From: a virus
Taxonomy: Duplodnaviria > Caudoviricetes
Length of the DNA: 64,000 bases
IMG/VR virus record: IMGVR_UViG_3300017747_002922
Coordinates: 1-64,000 of that record
Reading direction: 5' to 3' (one strand)
Numbering within the stretch: the stretch's first letter is position 1; each line of letters starts with the position of its first letter. Of this stretch, positions 62,042-64,000 are shown piece by piece. The position numbers and the translations under genes are program-made. The notes beneath the pieces were generated by a model, which was not told the DNA's origin, did not search any database, and saw only the letters and a list, made by a program, of their open reading frames with translations.

Positions 62042-62980
62042 ATGGCGTGGTTCAGCACTGACGAGAGCGTATGGGAGGCGGCGTGCTCCGACCTCCCCCA
62101 ACCGTGGCCAGAGGCGTTCGCGCGCATGGATCTGCGCTACCACGAGAACCGGCACCGGATGAAGGTTGCGCCGTTTCCGGGGCGCGTCGCCCTGTCGAAC
62201 CGGTGGGGGTGGACTGACCGCAAGGTGCGGAATCTCCTCGACGCCGACGACTGGCACGACCCCCAACGGCCGGTCGCCCGTGAGGACCTGCGCGGCAAGT
62301 GGGACGGAAAAGTCCAACAGCCCGCCAACACGCCGCCAACACCGCGTCCAACAGACCGCCAACAGGACAACGAACCAACGCCGGTAGTTGAGAAGAATCC
62401 GCCAACAGCCTGCCAACAGGATGTCCAACAGCCTGCCAACTCGGTGTCCATCGCGCGCGTCTCTTCTCTAACCACGGGAACCACTGAACCACGGGAACCA
62501 CTGGAGACACATACAGCGCCCGCAAGCGGGCCCGTGTGTGTCGAACCTGAACCGCAACTGACCCTGCTCACCCTACCTGCTCCGAAGCCCGTCGACCTCG
62601 AAGCGGCATGGACGGCACTCACGGCATGGACCCCGAAGCCGGCAGCGTGGAAGCTAACGGCCGAGCGTCGCAAGCACCTGACCGCGAGGATCGCCGACCA
62701 CGGGGAAGCGACCGTGTACCGGGTGGCCGAATGGGTGCGGACCTCGGAGCACGATCGGGCGGCGTTCCTTAGGGGTCACGGAGACGTCGACACTCTGTTG
62801 AGGCCGGGGAAGTTCGCCACCTACGCCGCGATGAGTGCGGGGCCGGCACCGGCAGCGAAGGTCAACGGGCGCCCGGTCGCCCCGTCCTACGCCGACACCC
62901 GCCGCGAGATCGAAGAGATGGAGCGGGGCGCAACGCTACGAACCGGCGCATTCGACGCCGACTATGAGGTACTCCAGTGA
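62042..62980 (+). CDS. Replication initiator (lambda O-like position)
   Basis: N-terminal wHTH-like part (GRVALSNRWGWTDRKVRNLL), low-complexity linker with repeats, C-terminal KLTAERRKHL...DTLLRP domain; upstream of loader and DnaB. Confidence 0.75.
   Translation: MAWFSTDESVWEAACSDLPQPWPEAFARMDLRYHENRHRMKVAPFPGRVALSNRWGWTDRKVRNLLDADDWHDPQRPVAREDLRGKWDGKVQQPANTPPTPRPTDRQQDNEPTPVVEKNPPTACQQDVQQPANSVSIARVSSLTTGTTEPREPLETHTAPASGPVCVEPEPQLTLLTLPAPKPVDLEAAWTALTAWTPKPAAWKLTAERRKHLTARIADHGEATVYRVAEWVRTSEHDRAAFLRGHGDVDTLLRPGKFATYAAMSAGPAPAAKVNGRPVAPSYADTRREIEEMERGATLRTGAFDADYEVLQ
62312..62441 (+). repeat. Iteron-like CCAACA repeats, probable replication origin
   Basis: Copies at 62314, 62325, 62336, 62348, 62359, 62402, 62413, 62425, 62436 (last CCAACT); 11-12-bp period. 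Confidence 0.7.
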
Positions 62981-63594
62981 TCACGATCAACCAGATCCTC
63001 GACATGTTCGAGGTGCTCGAATCGACGGGACTCCGGCCCCCCGACGTCTACGGCCGCCCGGCGGATCGGGCGACGGGCACCCCGAGCGGTCGGGCGTTCG
63101 CGGCACGGGTGTACGTGGTGGCGTTCGACCAAGGCGGGTACACATGGCCCGAGGTCGAAGCGGCGGCGATGGCGTACGCGCTCGAACCGCAGGAAGGGCA
63201 GTACCCGAAGCCGTGGCCGAGCCCGGGGCACATCGCGGCCCGTACGGCGATGGGTCGACTCGCGTTGACCCTCGGCACCCCCGCCGACGCGGATCGGGCA
63301 TGGGTCGACTTCGTGGCCCGCGGGCAGTCGCTCGTCAGCAAGGGCCGCCCCCCGACGATGGAGTACGGCCGCGATGCCCTCGACCCGGACCCGCACCGAC
63401 ACAAGGCGATGTGGGCGGGGCTCTGCGCACTCGGCGGGTGGGACCTGTACCGCATGGCCGACCCGTCCGACCGGGGCCTGTCGATGCGCTTCCGTGCCGC
63501 CTTCACGGCGTTCCGTGAGCAGCAGCGGACCTCACCCGGCGTGGTGCGTGAGATCCTGGCCGCGTCCCCCCGCCTGCTTTCGGTGGCGTCGTGA
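62977..63594 (+). CDS. Putative helicase loader/inhibitor-like protein
   Basis: Between initiator and DnaB; helical; YPKPWPSPGHI. Confidence 0.5.
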   Translation: MITINQILDMFEVLESTGLRPPDVYGRPADRATGTPSGRAFAARVYVVAFDQGGYTWPEVEAAAMAYALEPQEGQYPKPWPSPGHIAARTAMGRLALTLGTPADADRAWVDFVARGQSLVSKGRPPTMEYGRDALDPDPHRHKAMWAGLCALGGWDLYRMADPSDRGLSMRFRAAFTAFREQQRTSPGVVREILAASPRLLSVAS

Positions 63595-64000
63595 GCAACC
63601 GCGGCCTCCCTCACGACTGGCACATCGAGCAGGTGTTGTTGGGGACCATTCTCGCGTGCGGCGACGTGTCCGCCGTGGTCGACGTGGTCAAGCCCGACGA
63701 CTTCCACAAGCCGACGCACGCGCTGTTGTTCGGCCACATCCTCGCGTGCGCCGCCGAGGGCGACCCCCCGACCCCGGCCCGCTTGCTCCGCCGGATCGAG
63801 GCGGCGGGTGCGCTGGAGTCGTTGGCGGCCGTCTCGCACATGGGCCCGACGCACTACGTGCTGTCACTGTCGTCGCATGGCGACATCCCCGAGAACATCG
63901 GCGGCCTGGTCCGGGACCTCCTCCGCGACTCACGCCGACGGGCGGCCGTCCTCGAACTGCGCGCCCTCGAAGAACGGCTGTTGTCGGATGTGAGCGTGGA
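63591..64000 (+). CDS. dnaB: Replicative helicase DnaB, N-terminal part (truncated by the window end)
   Basis: Translated by hand from the GTG at 63591: LPHDWHIEQVLLGTIL...KPDDFHKPTHALLF...ENI; no stop before the end. Confidence 0.75.
   Translation, partial: MSNRGLPHDWHIEQVLLGTILACGDVSAVVDVVKPDDFHKPTHALLFGHILACAAEGDPPTPARLLRRIEAAGALESLAAVSHMGPTHYVLSLSSHGDIPENIGGLVRDLLRDSRRRAAVLELRALEERLLSDVSV

Noticed and set aside
1-64000. Tail tape measure, sheath, tail-chaperone frameshift, alternative genetic code
   Set aside because: None seen. Gene order fits a short-tailed virion, and genes tile normally with all three stop codons under the standard code.

Overview
This window is most of a high-GC tailed phage (or prophage) genome with podovirus-like, short-tail gene order. 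The host is inferred only weakly, as Myxococcota/delta-proteobacteria-like. The layout is: rightward hypotheticals (41-2752); a leftward cluster of small genes with an HNH nuclease (2749-5619); and a rightward virion operon (5712-40364). That operon holds the large terminase, portal, FmdB zinc-ribbon protein, scaffold, major capsid, cement, adaptor, nozzle, tail appendages, ejection-type proteins, a 3283-aa polyvalent protein and an SGNH esterase. Next come a leftward accessory/recombination arm with an amidase and a DUF3799-type exonuclease (40361-50603), a divergent switch region (~50604-50697), and a rightward replication/modification arm. The last arm carries SSB, a RusA-like resolvase, a beta clamp, an SNF2-like helicase, an N4/N6 methyltransferase, a DpdA/TGT-like protein with QueC, HTH-Mom-HTH, an initiator with internal iterons, a helicase-loader-like protein and a DnaB cut off by the window end. 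I saw no integrase, CI-type S24 repressor, DNA polymerase, tRNA, rRNA or CRISPR array. The strongest leads are four. (1) A three-way-junction leader that would hide the ribosome-binding site of a minimal dpdA-like/queC pair. (2) An HhH-glycosylase-like domain plus zincin domains inside the probably injected giant protein. (3) A Mom-like gene between directly repeated HTH-plus-promoter units. (4) A second structured element in front of ssb. All domain calls come from motif recognition by eye, and no database search was run.
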